Shown here piece after piece: positions 23,250 to 36,100 of a stretch of 64,000 bases of DNA (position 1 is its first letter; each line of letters starts with the position of its first letter). Made by a program: the position numbers and the translations under genes. The notes beneath the pieces were generated by a model. It searched no databases. It was given only the letters and a program-made list of their open reading frames with translations, and was not told where the DNA came from. The DNA is from Diadema antillarum (lineage: Eukaryota): the NCBI RefSeq assembly GCF_040938485.1, contig NW_027271764.1:124001-188000 (forward strand), in the 5' to 3' direction.

Positions 23250-24197
23250 AGTCTCGAATGATTCAACATTAGCAAGAATAGATAGCTTGCGTATTAGAAG
23301 ATAACGAATATAATCATTGCTGTGGTTCTCATCACTTAACTAGTTTTGGGTATAACTTGTGTCAGTAGACAAAATACTGTTTGGTGGTGTGGGTAAATCA
23401 TCATTAAATATCGTGCCTGTGAAAATAATGAAAAATGAAAGTGAAATGGTATTGTAATATAGAAAAACAACATTCAGCTCTTTCGAGCGAAATCAGTCCG
23501 GTCAGTGAGATACAAAGTGAAGGAAACTTAAGCAAAGCAAAGCAAAACAAACTTGGAAACACAATCACAGGCCGAGCAAGACAGGACGTCATTTCTGTAT
23601 CTCATTAGTTTTGTTATAATGAAGACAGAAATAATCGGTTGTTATCTTGGAGAACCATTTCTTGACATCCGGGAGGAGACCTTTAGCCTCCTATCATGAA
23701 GGGCTTAGATATTTCCCCAAAGTGCAAATGGACATATCTTTTGGGAGGCCTCCCCATGATTCTTCTAACATTGCACATGCAGTAATTGTCCACAAAAAAA
23801 GTATACTGATATGAGTTCTTTGAAAACCTTTATTGAAATATAGATCGCTATTACAATCTTAACAAATTCCACCATCATATTTTTAGAGATGATTTTCGAC
23901 AGCATAATAGGAAGGATAAATTATCAAATTCAGGTTTCAACTTCGTCCACGTATTCTGATGTAAATATTCATTTCAATCATAGGACTATGAAATTGAATT
24001 TTTGCGTAAAAACGCACCCCCTGTTGCGTTCATTCTGCTTTTCTTTTTACCCAGTGGTGTATCATAAATGATTTTTCTCGACCCCTCCCCTCCCTTTTAA
24101 ATCTGCCTGTTTTTATAGCTGAAATGAAGAGAATATTTATGTTTTCAGCTTGTAAACCATAAATCAATCAAAGATTTCTGCGTATATTAGGTGCTTA

Positions 24198-24554
24198 GGG
24201 CGGTGAGTTGGCTCAGTCGGTAGCGCGTCTGCCTCACGATCACGCGGCCCGGGTTCGAACCCGAGTCTGGACTAAGCAATGTTGTGTGTAAACATACCGT
24301 CCCCTCTAGCAAGAGGCATAACACTCTGTCCCTCGGATAGGACATAAAATGGAGGTCCCGTGTATGAGAGAGTCACAGCTCATGCACGTAAAAGATCCCG
24401 CTTCATTCATTCATCGCAAAGAGCAGGGTGTCTAACCCGGTGAAGTGGTCCTACCCCACAACCAACTGGACCCCATGGAAGACCAGCTTAGTGTAGCTGA
24501 ATATGGGCTATCCAGCCATCTTCATAGATGGAAAAGGAACAACAACAACAACAA
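24198..24554 (+). mobile_element. tRNA-derived SINE with Deu/Nin-like central domain and (AAC)n tail
   Basis: A box TGGCTCAGTCGG, B box GGTTCGAACCC, GTAAAAGATCCC...AAGAGCAGGG block; second copy at 55205. Confidence 0.8.
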
Positions 24555-25259
24555 GCTCATTTTGTCTCGAGGTCTTTCACTGCTATACGATTTCTACGGT
24601 ACGAAAATTCGAAGAAATGCTAATAAAGCACTTGAGTCTCTTCTTTCTTCAGATTTATAGAGACTATGAAATAAAGGGGGTAATTAGAGACAAGGCAGAG
24701 AAAGCAGAGCTGCACTGGCTTAGAATGCGCAGTATTAGCCACGTATATGTACAGTGCAGCGTACTTCATAAACGTCACAATCAAATTAAAAGCGTGATAT
24801 AATTTCTGCTCTAAGCTGGCATGATGTATGATTTACGGCGTGTTTAGAGCAACGCAACCCCAAGCATTTGAGCATGTTGTGTATGTTTCAATAAAAGTTG
24901 TGTCCATTCAACTCCACTTCATTTGCGAGGGCACGCGCGTTGGTAGTTGTCTTCGATCCCCCCCCCCCCCCCCGTCATTAAATAAGGGTGTGGGTCTTAA
25001 TATTGACAAAATTGTGCTGGTACACACAAAAGAGGACCGACCTACACACTCGATAAGGATTAAAAATATATTTTTTTCCTCGTCCCTACAAGAAAGAAGG
25101 GAAGGAATGACGTTTACATTGTAGGGATTGTTTAACATTAGTATACATAAAAGATAGTTTCCCTGTATACATGGTAAAATCGCTGAATGTGAGATATAAT
25201 TTTTCTGTCGACTGCTTCAGTGATGTTTATTTCATATTCATTCGAAAACGACTTCCACA

Positions 25260-25740
25260 GAAATATATCAATACGTGCAGCGTAGACTAACATAATGAAG
25301 AGTTTGTTTGCAAAAACCGATAAGTCCATATTTGCCAAATGGAGATATTTGCGATTAAAGGTCAAGAAAAATAACGAGAATAATAAGAAAATGTTTGCTT
25401 CTTTTGACCATAACTTTAAAAACATACCTTTTTATGTAGTGACCAATATATCATTTAAAAGGTATTATTTTGTACTTTATGACAGAAATCGTACTTCAAA
25501 ATCTTCAAAAATGGACTTATCGGTTTTTGCAAACAAACCCTTTATATATTTTCAGCCTTTCAGCGATAGTTATCATGATAAGAAAGCATTTTGTGATCCC
25601 CAGCATATATTTTTGACTCTCTTTAGAACTCATTCCTCACTTTTCCTTGTTTCAATGAGAGTGACAAGAAGTAATCTGCATACTACAGGAAAAAACCAAG
25701 TGGCTGCGTCAAAACACGATTTTAACAAAATACATTAGCC
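25260..25740. mobile_element. Old MITE with internal inverted repeat
   Basis: TTTGCAAAAACCGATAAGTCCAT (~25308) inverted at ~25510-25535; boundaries approximate. Confidence 0.45.
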
Positions 25741-26369
25741 ATTAAGTTGTAACAGTTTCCATTAAAAAGTATGTCGAGTGGTATTTTGTGACTTGTTGTT
25801 TTATTGTTTAGTTGAGATATAAGATAGTGGACCAGGTTTTATTCTGTAACTTTGCATGACGATAAACTTTACTGCAACCATGATGCAGCTATTGTGGCGT
25901 TTGGGTGCATTCGTTTTAAAAACGTTCATTTTTGTTCGGCATTTTGTCATAATAGTCACAACTTTTATTGTATTTCAGTTCGCAATACAGATATATTTTC
26001 CATGATTACATTTGTGTGTTGAATTTGTGTCATTAAGTGTCTTCAAATGTTTAATTGCAATTGAATTTTGAAATGAATGAAAATTCTAATGAAAAAAAAA
26101 ATTGTAATTGATGATATGATGAAGAGTATCTAGTACTTTTCTTGAACAGAACAATAAACAGGTGCAATTTTGAAATTGTCTAACGTTTTCGCAGATGCTC
26201 CCTGAAGGGACAAGTTCACCTTCATATACATGTTGATTGAGTGGATGCAGTAGAACTACTAGTATAACACATCTGCGAAAGTTTGGGGAAAATTGAAAAA
26301 TCCGATCAAAACTTATGATTCTTTCTTGGTGCGTGTGTTTGTATTTTCGCACAGTCACTATATACTTGT

Positions 26370-26803
26370 AGAGAAGTCTGTACCACAGTGTAAGATGTCA
26401 CGTGCGTAGAACGATGTAGGGAAACAGAAAATTTCACAAAATTTCGGGAAGGTTTTTTTTGTTCTTAAAGTACACATTCCTTCGAATTTTAACTGATATA
26501 TCGAGGGTAATTTTATTCCCCCTGCCTTCTGAAGGAGGCAAGTCAAGTGCTCTTTCATGTGAAATGTGGAGGTATGCTACAATCTCCCTCTATTTTCTTT
26601 ATATTGTTCTATACATGTGACATCACAAGCTGTGTAGTCTTCTCATCCAGTGATGGCGGAACTGAAATTTCAAAAACTCATAACTTTTGAACAGATTGTC
26701 CAATTTTCCTTAAACTTTCAGTGATGTGTTTTATAAACATTACGGCGTGCTCTCAATTCACATATTATTATGATATAAATTATGAAGGTGCAACTATCCT
26801 TTT
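26370..26803. mobile_element. TTAA MITE family D relative, partial
   Basis: Shares ATTCCCCCTGCCTTCTGAA and AAAACTCATAACTTTTGAACAGATTGTCC blocks with 42539-43105. Confidence 0.65.
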
Positions 26804-27745
26804 AACTTTTACTAATCGGCTTGCCTATAGTTCATATTACAATATTCTCCATTAAAAAATAGCACTTGACAATGTGATGTCTCTACGTGAATATTTGAGT
26901 GTTGGTAACCTACCTTTGTGTTCTCTTTTCATTTTGTATTGATCATATTCAAGTATTAAAGAATATCTGTATACAATGCCGAGACATAAGATCACCGAAA
27001 ATTTGTGAACGCTAGCCATATTCATAGCATTGTTAGAAATATGCCCTGAATCGATATGTGCAATTGATTTTCCTTCATTTTGCCTCTTTTTTTTTAATTC
27101 ACTCTCTCTCTCTCTCCCTCTCTGTTTCCCAAATTTATTTGACCAGATGGTGAGAGCTCTTCAGTCGCGTAGTCTATCCCTGGGTGCAGTGTATTTGCCC
27201 CAGCGGTGGTGCATATGGCGCCTAATCAGTGTGGTATTCTATCATAAACCATGCAGCATGCATGTGCGCCTTGGCAGCTGTTGATTGTATACTTTGCATA
27301 CAGCGCGGCGGTGATTTATGGATTTCACCTATCATGCCTATTGTCTCAAGTGCAACGATAGTAAAGATTCACCCAACGCTAGAAAAGACAAAGCAAAAAT
27401 GAGGATTTGATCGGAGGCTAATGTGTTGGTGGGGTTGTATGTAGAATGTGGTATGCTTTGCAAAAATTTCATCTGGGAAGGCATTATCAATTTGCGAACA
27501 TGCGTAAAATATACATATATATGATATACACACTTTATTCAGAAGAAGAGATTTGATAACCATGCGACTTGATGAGAAGAAAATGAAACTCATGTTTTAG
27601 AATAAAACGAGCAATTAAAAGTGTTTTAGTATATTGAAATAAGCAATATGTTTATCAGAGAATGTGTAGAGTTCAATAGCTTTATAACATTTTATAGGAT
27701 ATCTCTCTCTCTTTCTATCTCTTAGTGCCCTATTTTCCCTTCCTT

Positions 27746-27754
27746 TCCTTGGCA

Positions 27755-27792
<38 letters not shown>
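27746..27792. repeat. (CT)n microsatellite next to assembly gap
   Basis: Direct reading; another (CT)n at ~59979-60035. Confidence 0.95.
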
Positions 27793-27795
<3 letters not shown>

Positions 27796-27818
27796 CTAGA
27801 CCTAACTATGCATCACGG

Positions 27819-27977
27819 NNNNNNNNNNNNNNNNNNNNNNNNNNNNNNNNNNNNNNNNNNNNNNNNNNNNNNNNNNNNNNNNNNNNNNNNNNNNNNNNNN
27901 NNNNNNNNNNNNNNNNNNNNNNNNNNNNNNNNNNNNNNNNNNNNNNNNNNNNNNNNNNNNNNNNNNNNNNNNNNNNN
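27819..27977. other. Assembly gap (159 N)
   Basis: Run of n. Confidence 1.
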
Positions 27978-28462
27978 TTTTACATGTACTATGTTGATGG
28001 ATACAGATGTGAAAACATAATATTGTGTGTGTTTCTTTTTTCTGAACTTTCAGCCCAATAAGGACGATGGTAATGATGGTTTAAGAGTACTAATTGTTTC
28101 GAGTGCAATTGCTGCACTCAAAGCAGCAAACCAACAGATCATATCAGCGAAATGGTCCAGTACTGACAAATTTACGACAGTTTGAATGTCACTTTGGTGA
28201 TGTAGAATGGTATTTCTTTTTCCTGCGTGGATATGAAACCTCCCTTGCCTCCCATCTGCCTAAATTTGGTAGGCGAAACTAACAAAACGTGCACAGTTTT
28301 GACGAATTTATATGTTGAACAATATGGTTATTCACTTAACTCAGTCTCAAAAACACCGTCACAGATGTGAGATTTTTATATGATGCCTAGTTCGAGACAT
28401 TAGTTGAATGTCCTGATAAATGTCTTACATAATAATGATAACAATAATAATATATACGGTCT

Positions 28463-28685
28463 TTTTTATCCAGGGTAGCCTCTTTATAGTGTTGTCATTG
28501 TTCTACCAGAGGGCCCTGCCATTATCATTATCCAGGAGTTGGCAGGTACCCATTTATACACCTGGGTCGAGAGAGACGTGGTTGGTAAACCCATCTTGTC
28601 CAGGGACGAGAAGCACTGGGCGGGAATCGAACTCGGGTCCTCCGGTTGGGAGTCGGGAGTCTTACCCAGTATGCCACAGCGCCCC
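28463..28685 (-). mobile_element. tRNA-derived SINE, CORE-like
   Basis: Minus strand GGGGCGCTGTGGCATACTGG (A box)...GAGTTCGATTCCC (B box)...CTCTCGACCCAGGTGTATAAATGGGTACC; degenerate copy at ~33833-34030. Confidence 0.7.
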
Positions 28686-29792
28686 TACTATTAGAGTATG
28701 AACATCATTTGTTTTTATATCTTACTAAAATTTCTCACTTTCACTCAGATTTCATTAATGTAAATAGTGTTGTTGTTGTGTCTTTTTCCAAAGTCTACAA
28801 GTGTGCGTTTACTAGATTCGATTATGGTCGCCAGCACACGCATATCATACGATGTGCGGATACATACAAAGAGTCGAGAAGGGAAAAGACTCGAAAAACA
28901 CACTTTCGCTGTCTTACTCAATGTTTATTAGCTGCATAGTTGTACTAGAGAAAACTTGATAATATACAATTAGATATTTCACGTCAATCACTGAAATAGC
29001 TCTGTAAATAAATCAAACATTCACTGATTAATTTCTTTATCTACAAGACAATAAGAAGATGATCATTCAAAAAGCCCGAACAGGGTGCTTAGAAAATGAA
29101 ACCAAAAAGTGCATTATATATTGCTGTTCTGTTAGTTACTATATCCATTACAGTTAGTTTTGTTTTTTACTTTATAAGCAAAACCTCAGAGCTTGTTAAA
29201 AAGACCAACGATCTTCCCGTAGTTATTACCATCTTCACTATCTATGTTAAAGTCTTGAACCGCAAGAATATTAGAAAATGTGATTTTTTTCTTTTGCTTC
29301 CTTTTCATCAGTGCATGAATTCCTGTTAGAAAACACCAGAGTGTCGACAAAATGTTTTCATTATATTAATATTTCACAATTCTACATGCACGCCAAACTC
29401 ACTAATAATGTCAAATATCTCTGCGAGAGCTTCCTTACAAGTTTAAATTTTTAAGGAAAAATACCTCGCTATAAACAACATTGAAGACTATACTATATAC
29501 ATTGAATAAGATTGGTGTGTTATCTCCATAAGTTTAGTCTAATTGGCGTCTTTGAATCTGCTAACGATTGCCTTGTTCACTTGTATTGAGGGATGAATTA
29601 TTTCGCCATTTTTCTTCCGACCAGAGAATGTAAGAATCTAAAGACATGTAAAGAAAAAATAAAATAAAATGGGTGGATTACTGGCAGGTTTGAGTTCTCT
29701 GAGACCCGTCAATGGAAGGGAGTGTCATGTAAAAAGAATAATAGGGGCCTCCATGAGAGGGTAATGGGTATCCGGAGGAAGGGTCCGGAGAT

Positions 29793-30197
29793 TTACATAT
29801 CCGGACGCGACTCCGAGACTTTCGCGGCACGACGCTTCACCTTCCCATTAAAACGAGGGGCGTTCTTCACGCGCTGTGCCTCCAGATCCCGCCGATACTG
29901 TCCGGACTCCTTGTTCTTCAGGCCCGCCGTCATCTTCTGCACGCCGCTGTACATGGCCTCACGGAAGGCTTGTCCGCGGACCTTGGCAGCCGCTTCGCCC
30001 CGGAGCCCCTGGTTGATCATCTCCTTGTAGGCGTTGGCGTGGGCCTGTTTCTTCATGTGTTGGCGGGCGTGGTTGACGGCCGTGGTGGGCAGGCCCCTGT
30101 GGATCTCCTCCATGTCGGCTTTGAACTGCTCACGAGCCTCCCTCAGGCGTTCCTTCTTGTCTTCGAATTCGAGGTCGGCGATGGCTATGTGCTCGAC
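29793..30197 (-). CDS. Secreted protein terminal exon
   Basis: ttccag|VEHIAIADLEFEDKK...ESRPDM*, 405 nt. Confidence 0.85.
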   Translation of the reverse strand, partial: VEHIAIADLEFEDKKERLREAREQFKADMEEIHRGLPTTAVNHARQHMKKQAHANAYKEMINQGLRGEAAAKVRGQAFREAMYSGVQKMTAGLKNKESGQYRRDLEAQRVKNAPRFNGKVKRRAAKVSESRPDM

Positions 30198-33098
30198 CTG
30201 GAATATTCAGACGTGAACAAAAACACCTTGAAAAACAAATGCGATGCAGTAATGCACAATGAATTCATTTCGTTATTTAACGACCTTCCAAGTCATTGTC
30301 AAAAGTGGTGGTTCGTTCCCTTATAAGCTTTGTTCCCGAATCATTGGGTGCACGTCACGAGTTCGACATCCATGAATCATACAGTCTACAAGTCATTCGG
30401 CCCATTAGTCATACAGCCCACAAGTTATACATCCCAAGTGTCATACAGCCAATGAGTTCGACACTAAGCAAACGACGCCCAAGAGACCGACACATTAAGT
30501 TCCGTGTTGTCATGTCGAACTCGTAGACTGTATGACTCATGGACCTTTTTTTTTCACTGTCGAACTAGATGACTCGACGTGGGTGTCGGCCTCGTGGGAT
30601 GACTTACCCGAATTATTACATTATAGTATAGGCATCATTTAGATAACAACCGATCACGTTCACATGTACACGTCATTGGTACAGTCGTCATCACCATCAT
30701 CATCATCATCATCATCATCCACCATCAGCGTTTCGGTATCTTTTGGGGTATTTGCTCTTTTATGTTGTTTATTTATTTCCTTCCCACCCTAAGAGTCAAT
30801 CGTAAATGACAATAATACTGATATAATCTGCAACGCTGGTGATTATGACGTTAACATACATTTCGCCACGGGTGCGTGTCTAAATAAGAATAATAAAAAC
30901 AAGAATTAGTATCGTCGTCGACGTCGTTCCCGACGTCGAAACGTACCTGTCTGACGAGCTCCTTCCGTCTGGTCTCGACGGGTTCGATGGGCGAGGAGTG
31001 GAGGAGGGCCTTGGGTAGGATGGCGTGGGGTCCCATGTACATCATGGCGTGCTCACGGAGTTTGTGGAGTTCCTTGGCCTTCTCTTCGTCACTCATTGAG
31101 TAGTCCTCCTTGATCTCCATGGCGCGCTTGATGAACTGACCCTGCTTCTCCCGCAGCTTCGATTTATCCCACTTGGAGGGGCCATGGTGTTCCGTCACCT
31201 CATCCTGATGGAGTGGTGGAAAAAAGAAGAAGTGTAAAGCAAACTTCTCAATCTTAAGCACAATGCCCACTGTGCGACCTGAGCCTGCGAGCTTATGGCG
31301 AGCTGGTGCGAGCTTTATGAGGCGCCAAGTGTCGCGTGGCCTATTTCGTTACGAAATCAGTCATTTCGTCGACGAAATTTTGATTTTGTTAACGAAATGA
31401 TCATTTCGTTACGAAGTGACTGATTTCGTAACAAAATAGGATATGAGACACTTGAGTTTATCTTATTCATACACGGATCAAAAGCCTGCTTTCGGCTAGA
31501 CAGTTGTTGTTGTTTTTTTCAGCAAGGCCGTGTTTTACATCGAATAACAAATCATACACATTACGAAAATGCAAATGAAGAGCTGGTATTCATTTTCATC
31601 TTATCTTTGTATCTCATGTCATCTTGTCTCATTACATTTCATTCGTTCTAGAAATTGGATTCACCTAAAAGAGCAACGGGAGAAGCAAGAAAATGGCTTA
31701 CAACTTGACTATGATGAGGTTTAGATGTCACATTATCATTTTATGCTCCATTTTACAATAAAGATGTTTATTAATAATCACATCATGTATATGTATTCAG
31801 TATCACTAATATTCATTGGAAATTGAAAGGACTGCACAACAAGCACTTTGGTTTAGCATATACGTTGTCTGGATAAGGAAAGAGAACGGGCAAAACAAAA
31901 AAAAAACAACACAACACCATCAGAGAGTATAAAGCGAGTTCGGGCTTCAAACTGAACACAGACAAAGAGATCAAGTTAAAGGGAAGGCAAACCCAAAGAG
32001 CAATGTGGATTGAGTGAAAGCAGTAACATTAGTAGAACACATCAGTGAAAGTTTGAAGAAAATCGGACAATCGATGCAAGTGTTATGAATTTTTAAAGTT
32101 TTGGTGTTGGTACCGCTGGATGAGGAGACTACTAGAGGTTATGACGTATGAGTGGACAACAATATAAAGAAATATAAAGAAAATTCCTCAAAAATTCATT
32201 TTTCATGAAAATTACAAATTCCATGAACTTGATACTGACAAAAGGGTAGCAATTATTCCCCCTGCTTTCTGAAAGCGGTTAGTCAAGTGCTCTTTCATAA
32301 TGCTAGAAAAGAAAATTTTTTGTTGAATTTCATTTATATTTTCTTTGTATTGTTGTCCACTCATACGTCATAACCTCTAGTAGTCTCCTTATCCAGCGGT
32401 TCCAACACCAAAACTTTAAAAATTCATAACTCTTGCATCGATTGCCCGATTTTCCTCAAACTTTCATTGGTGTGTTCTACTAATGTTGCTGCTTTCACTC
32501 AATCCACATTGCTCTTTGGGTTTGTGTTCCCTTCAAAGCCATAGCTAGGAAATCTTGTTAGAACAACTGGCTGCCGACCTACGTAAAAGGGAGTCATATT
32601 GTGCTTTCCATAGATTCACACGATATGCCGAATGTATAGGCTATATTCTGGCGTGATGGGATTACTGACACAAACTGTACGAGGACATTTTGAAGGTCTC
32701 TTTTCTGAAGTCAATAGACAGATTTAAAGTCAGACAATCATTGATTGAGCAGGAAAAATAGTGTTTGTGAGAAGTGTAAGAACGTACCGCAACATTTAAC
32801 CTTGTGCCTACAATATACTGCAATTACATTATTTTTTCACAAAAAGTGAAACCTTGCGCACTACGAATATAGTATGCAGAATGAGTTGCAAATCGCTGTG
32901 CAGATATGCCATCGATTTTTGTTGGATTTGTTTGTTTGTTTGTTTGTTTGTTTGCTTGCTTTTTAAGAATACCTATAGTGACTCGTCAATGTATTCCTTA
33001 GCCACAGATTTAGCGGTATAGATAAAGTTTAAAGAGTGCACTCTTCTTGCTGTTGTTGTTGCCCTGACATGACAGACTTAGTAAGAAGTTCATCTGTG

Positions 33099-33136
<38 letters not shown>

Positions 33137-36100
33137 TGTGTGCGTGTATGTGTGTATGTGTGTGTGTGTGTGTTTCGGGGTTGTCATCCCTCAAGGCCGA
33201 CACCACGAGTCATACCGCCCATCGAGCTCGATATTGAAAAAAAGGCCCATAAGTCAAACGGCCAACCAGTCATACAGCCCATGAGTTCGAAGTTCGAAAC
33301 TAGGAAAAGAAGGACCATGAATCCTTAACTAGGTAAACAAGACCCACGAGTTTGATACTAGGCAAAAACGGCCCACAAGACCTGCATTAGACCCTACATC
33401 ACGAGACTTAAATGTGTCGGTCTCGTGGGCCTTATTTGCCTGTAATTATAGTGTCGAACTCAGGGGCCTTATTTATTTAGTGTTGAACTCATGGGCTGTA
33501 TGACTCATGGGTTGTATGACTCACGGGCTGTATGACTAGTAGGCTGCATGATTTGTGGGCGTCGAACTCATGTCTTGCACCCGTGTTTTCTTCAATGCAT
33601 GGATTTCAATTTCGTGAATTGACTTGTTTTTATGTGCATTAACATTGCTGCTGGGTGGTAGCCCTTAACGGCGTAGGATTTTTACGTATGGCCTTGTCGT
33701 ATTTTGCCTTGCCATTACTTTTATCGCACGAGATGCCTTACAGTACCATGAGTGAAATATCAATCATGAAAACCGCTGCGTGTTAAGATAGTGTCGGGAA
33801 AAATACACGAGATAATAAATGATAATTATGTTCTTCTTTTATCCAGGGTATAGCCTCTTCAGTGTCGCCACTGCTCTACAATATTGAGCGCTGCCATTAT
33901 TAGTACAATTTGTACCCTGGTGTTGCCATGTTTCCATTCTCCGCCTGACTTGAGAGGGACCTGGTGGGTAAAAACATCTTGTCCGTGCACTTGACGGGAT
34001 TCGCAACTTAAGAGTCATGAGTCTTATCGACTATTACGAATTATGCAACAGTTCCTCCAAACTGTTGAGAGATATGACAAGCTAATCGCGAAACGTGACA
34101 TAATCTAATGTTAAATTACACCGTTCAACAATTAGGAATGAAGGCGACGAGTAGTGCATGCGTGAAGAAATAAATATCAAGCAATTTCTATGCGTGTATT
34201 GATTGCAGTCATTTTTTTTTCATACACGTTTGGTGTGCCGAATAGTGTTGTAATGTTTGCCAAACATCAACTACGATGGCAGATGTTCAGTCAATCGTCC
34301 ATTTCTCTTCAAACAAGCCTCTCTGACGTCTAGGAACAGTTAGATGGGGGAGGGTTAATGCTGCTCTTCAACGTTTTGTTTCAGTCGCTACTGGTGATCC
34401 GATGATGGAGTTTCTGTTCAGATCTCTTCATACATCCCTGTTCTTACTAGACACTTTCCCTTGTATACTTTGTCATGTCTTTCATTTTTTTTTTTTTTGG
34501 CAAGCGGCAATGTTATCAATATGATTTTTCTTTTGGCCTGGATTCCGTAAGATTGCTTTGAGGTTATTGTTATTATTTTTTTTAATTCATGTTCCATATT
34601 CCACATTTCATACTAGTCTTATATTCCATTTGATTTGAAGCAGAAATGTTTTTCACACAATGGTCAGTTTGAACCAATAATGCACAAATGTATAAGGACA
34701 TATAATTGACGTGTAATATGAGGAACCCACTAACAAGCAAAGCTTGTAGGATGTGGGCTCCAAAAATATAACATAGGGTTTTAGTACAGTATATCAATGT
34801 CAGAAGTGACGTAACATGCAAAAATACAAGATATCGAGAATATTACAAAGTTTACGGGATGTACAAAGTATAGTATATAATGTTTATGATTAACTTATGG
34901 TATAAATGCTAAGAAAAGTAGCAAGTTGATCAAACTAATGAAGTCATCCGAGCGAGGCATCATTTGAGTATGCAAAAATTTTTCAAGTGATTACGGCAAA
35001 AATAATTAAACATAGGATTTTAGAAAATTGGCTTTGAGATTTTTCTCAAAGGAGCTTAAAGAACTTGAGTGCAACCGAACCGAATCTAACTCATTCCAGA
35101 AAGAAGGGCCGGTCGATGTAATTGTCTTAAGGGCTAAAACTGTACGAACAAGGGAAAATGATAGGATTCACTGTGTCTTGTAGGGTAAGTATGAATATCA
35201 CTGTTTTTCACAAACATTGAGGAAAATATACTAGGACGGTCACCAGTATTCAACTTATACATGAAAATTCCAACATGATACAAATACAAATCAGTAATTT
35301 TTAACAATTTACTTGAAACAAACAATTCATCAGTGTGATCAAAAAATTGTGCTCGATTTATAATCCGCAAGGCCTTTTTCTGAACCAAAAATAACGAATC
35401 AATTTTAGTCTTTGAGCAATTCCCCCAGGCTAATATTCCGTAATTCAAGTAAGGTAATAATAAAGTTGTATAAAGAGAATGCAATATTGGCTTTGGGAAG
35501 AGATATTTCAGTTTGTGAATAATTCCAACATTCTTGCACAACAATTTACATAAATAATCAACTTGTACCTTCCATGAAAGGTTACTGTCAATATGAATAC
35601 CTAAAAATTTTGTTGAATCTATTTGATTTAACTGTAAACCGTTCATTAAAACTAAACCTGGAAGAGATTTTATTGTGTTACTGAAAACCATATAATTGGT
35701 CTTATTTATGTTAAGCGACAATTTATTTGCCTGAATCCACTCAAACACCAACTTAAGTTCATTATTCAAAGTATCGAGCAAAACATAAGGATCTGAGTGA
35801 GAATAAAAGAGACTTGTATCATATGCGAACAGAAGAAAAGACAGCAGAGAGGATGAGTTCCGGAAGTCATTGATGTATAAAATGAATAAAAGAGGACCTA
35901 AGAAGGAGCCCTTGACATCGGCTAGAGTTTGTCTGTCTGTCCGTTTAATTTTGCCGATGTTTTTGAAAATGAGGTATACACGATGTCATTACTCTGTACA
36001 GAAAATGTAGAAAAAATATTTAAATAAACCGATCTTTCCAACCGTCAGCAACGGCTAATCATCAATTTGCAGTTATCTTGTGCAAATGATGTTAATGTCA

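Noticed and set aside
24198-24275. tRNA-like sequence
   Set aside because: No proper acceptor stem or cloverleaf, and it continues into a SINE body that recurs at 55205; it is a SINE head.
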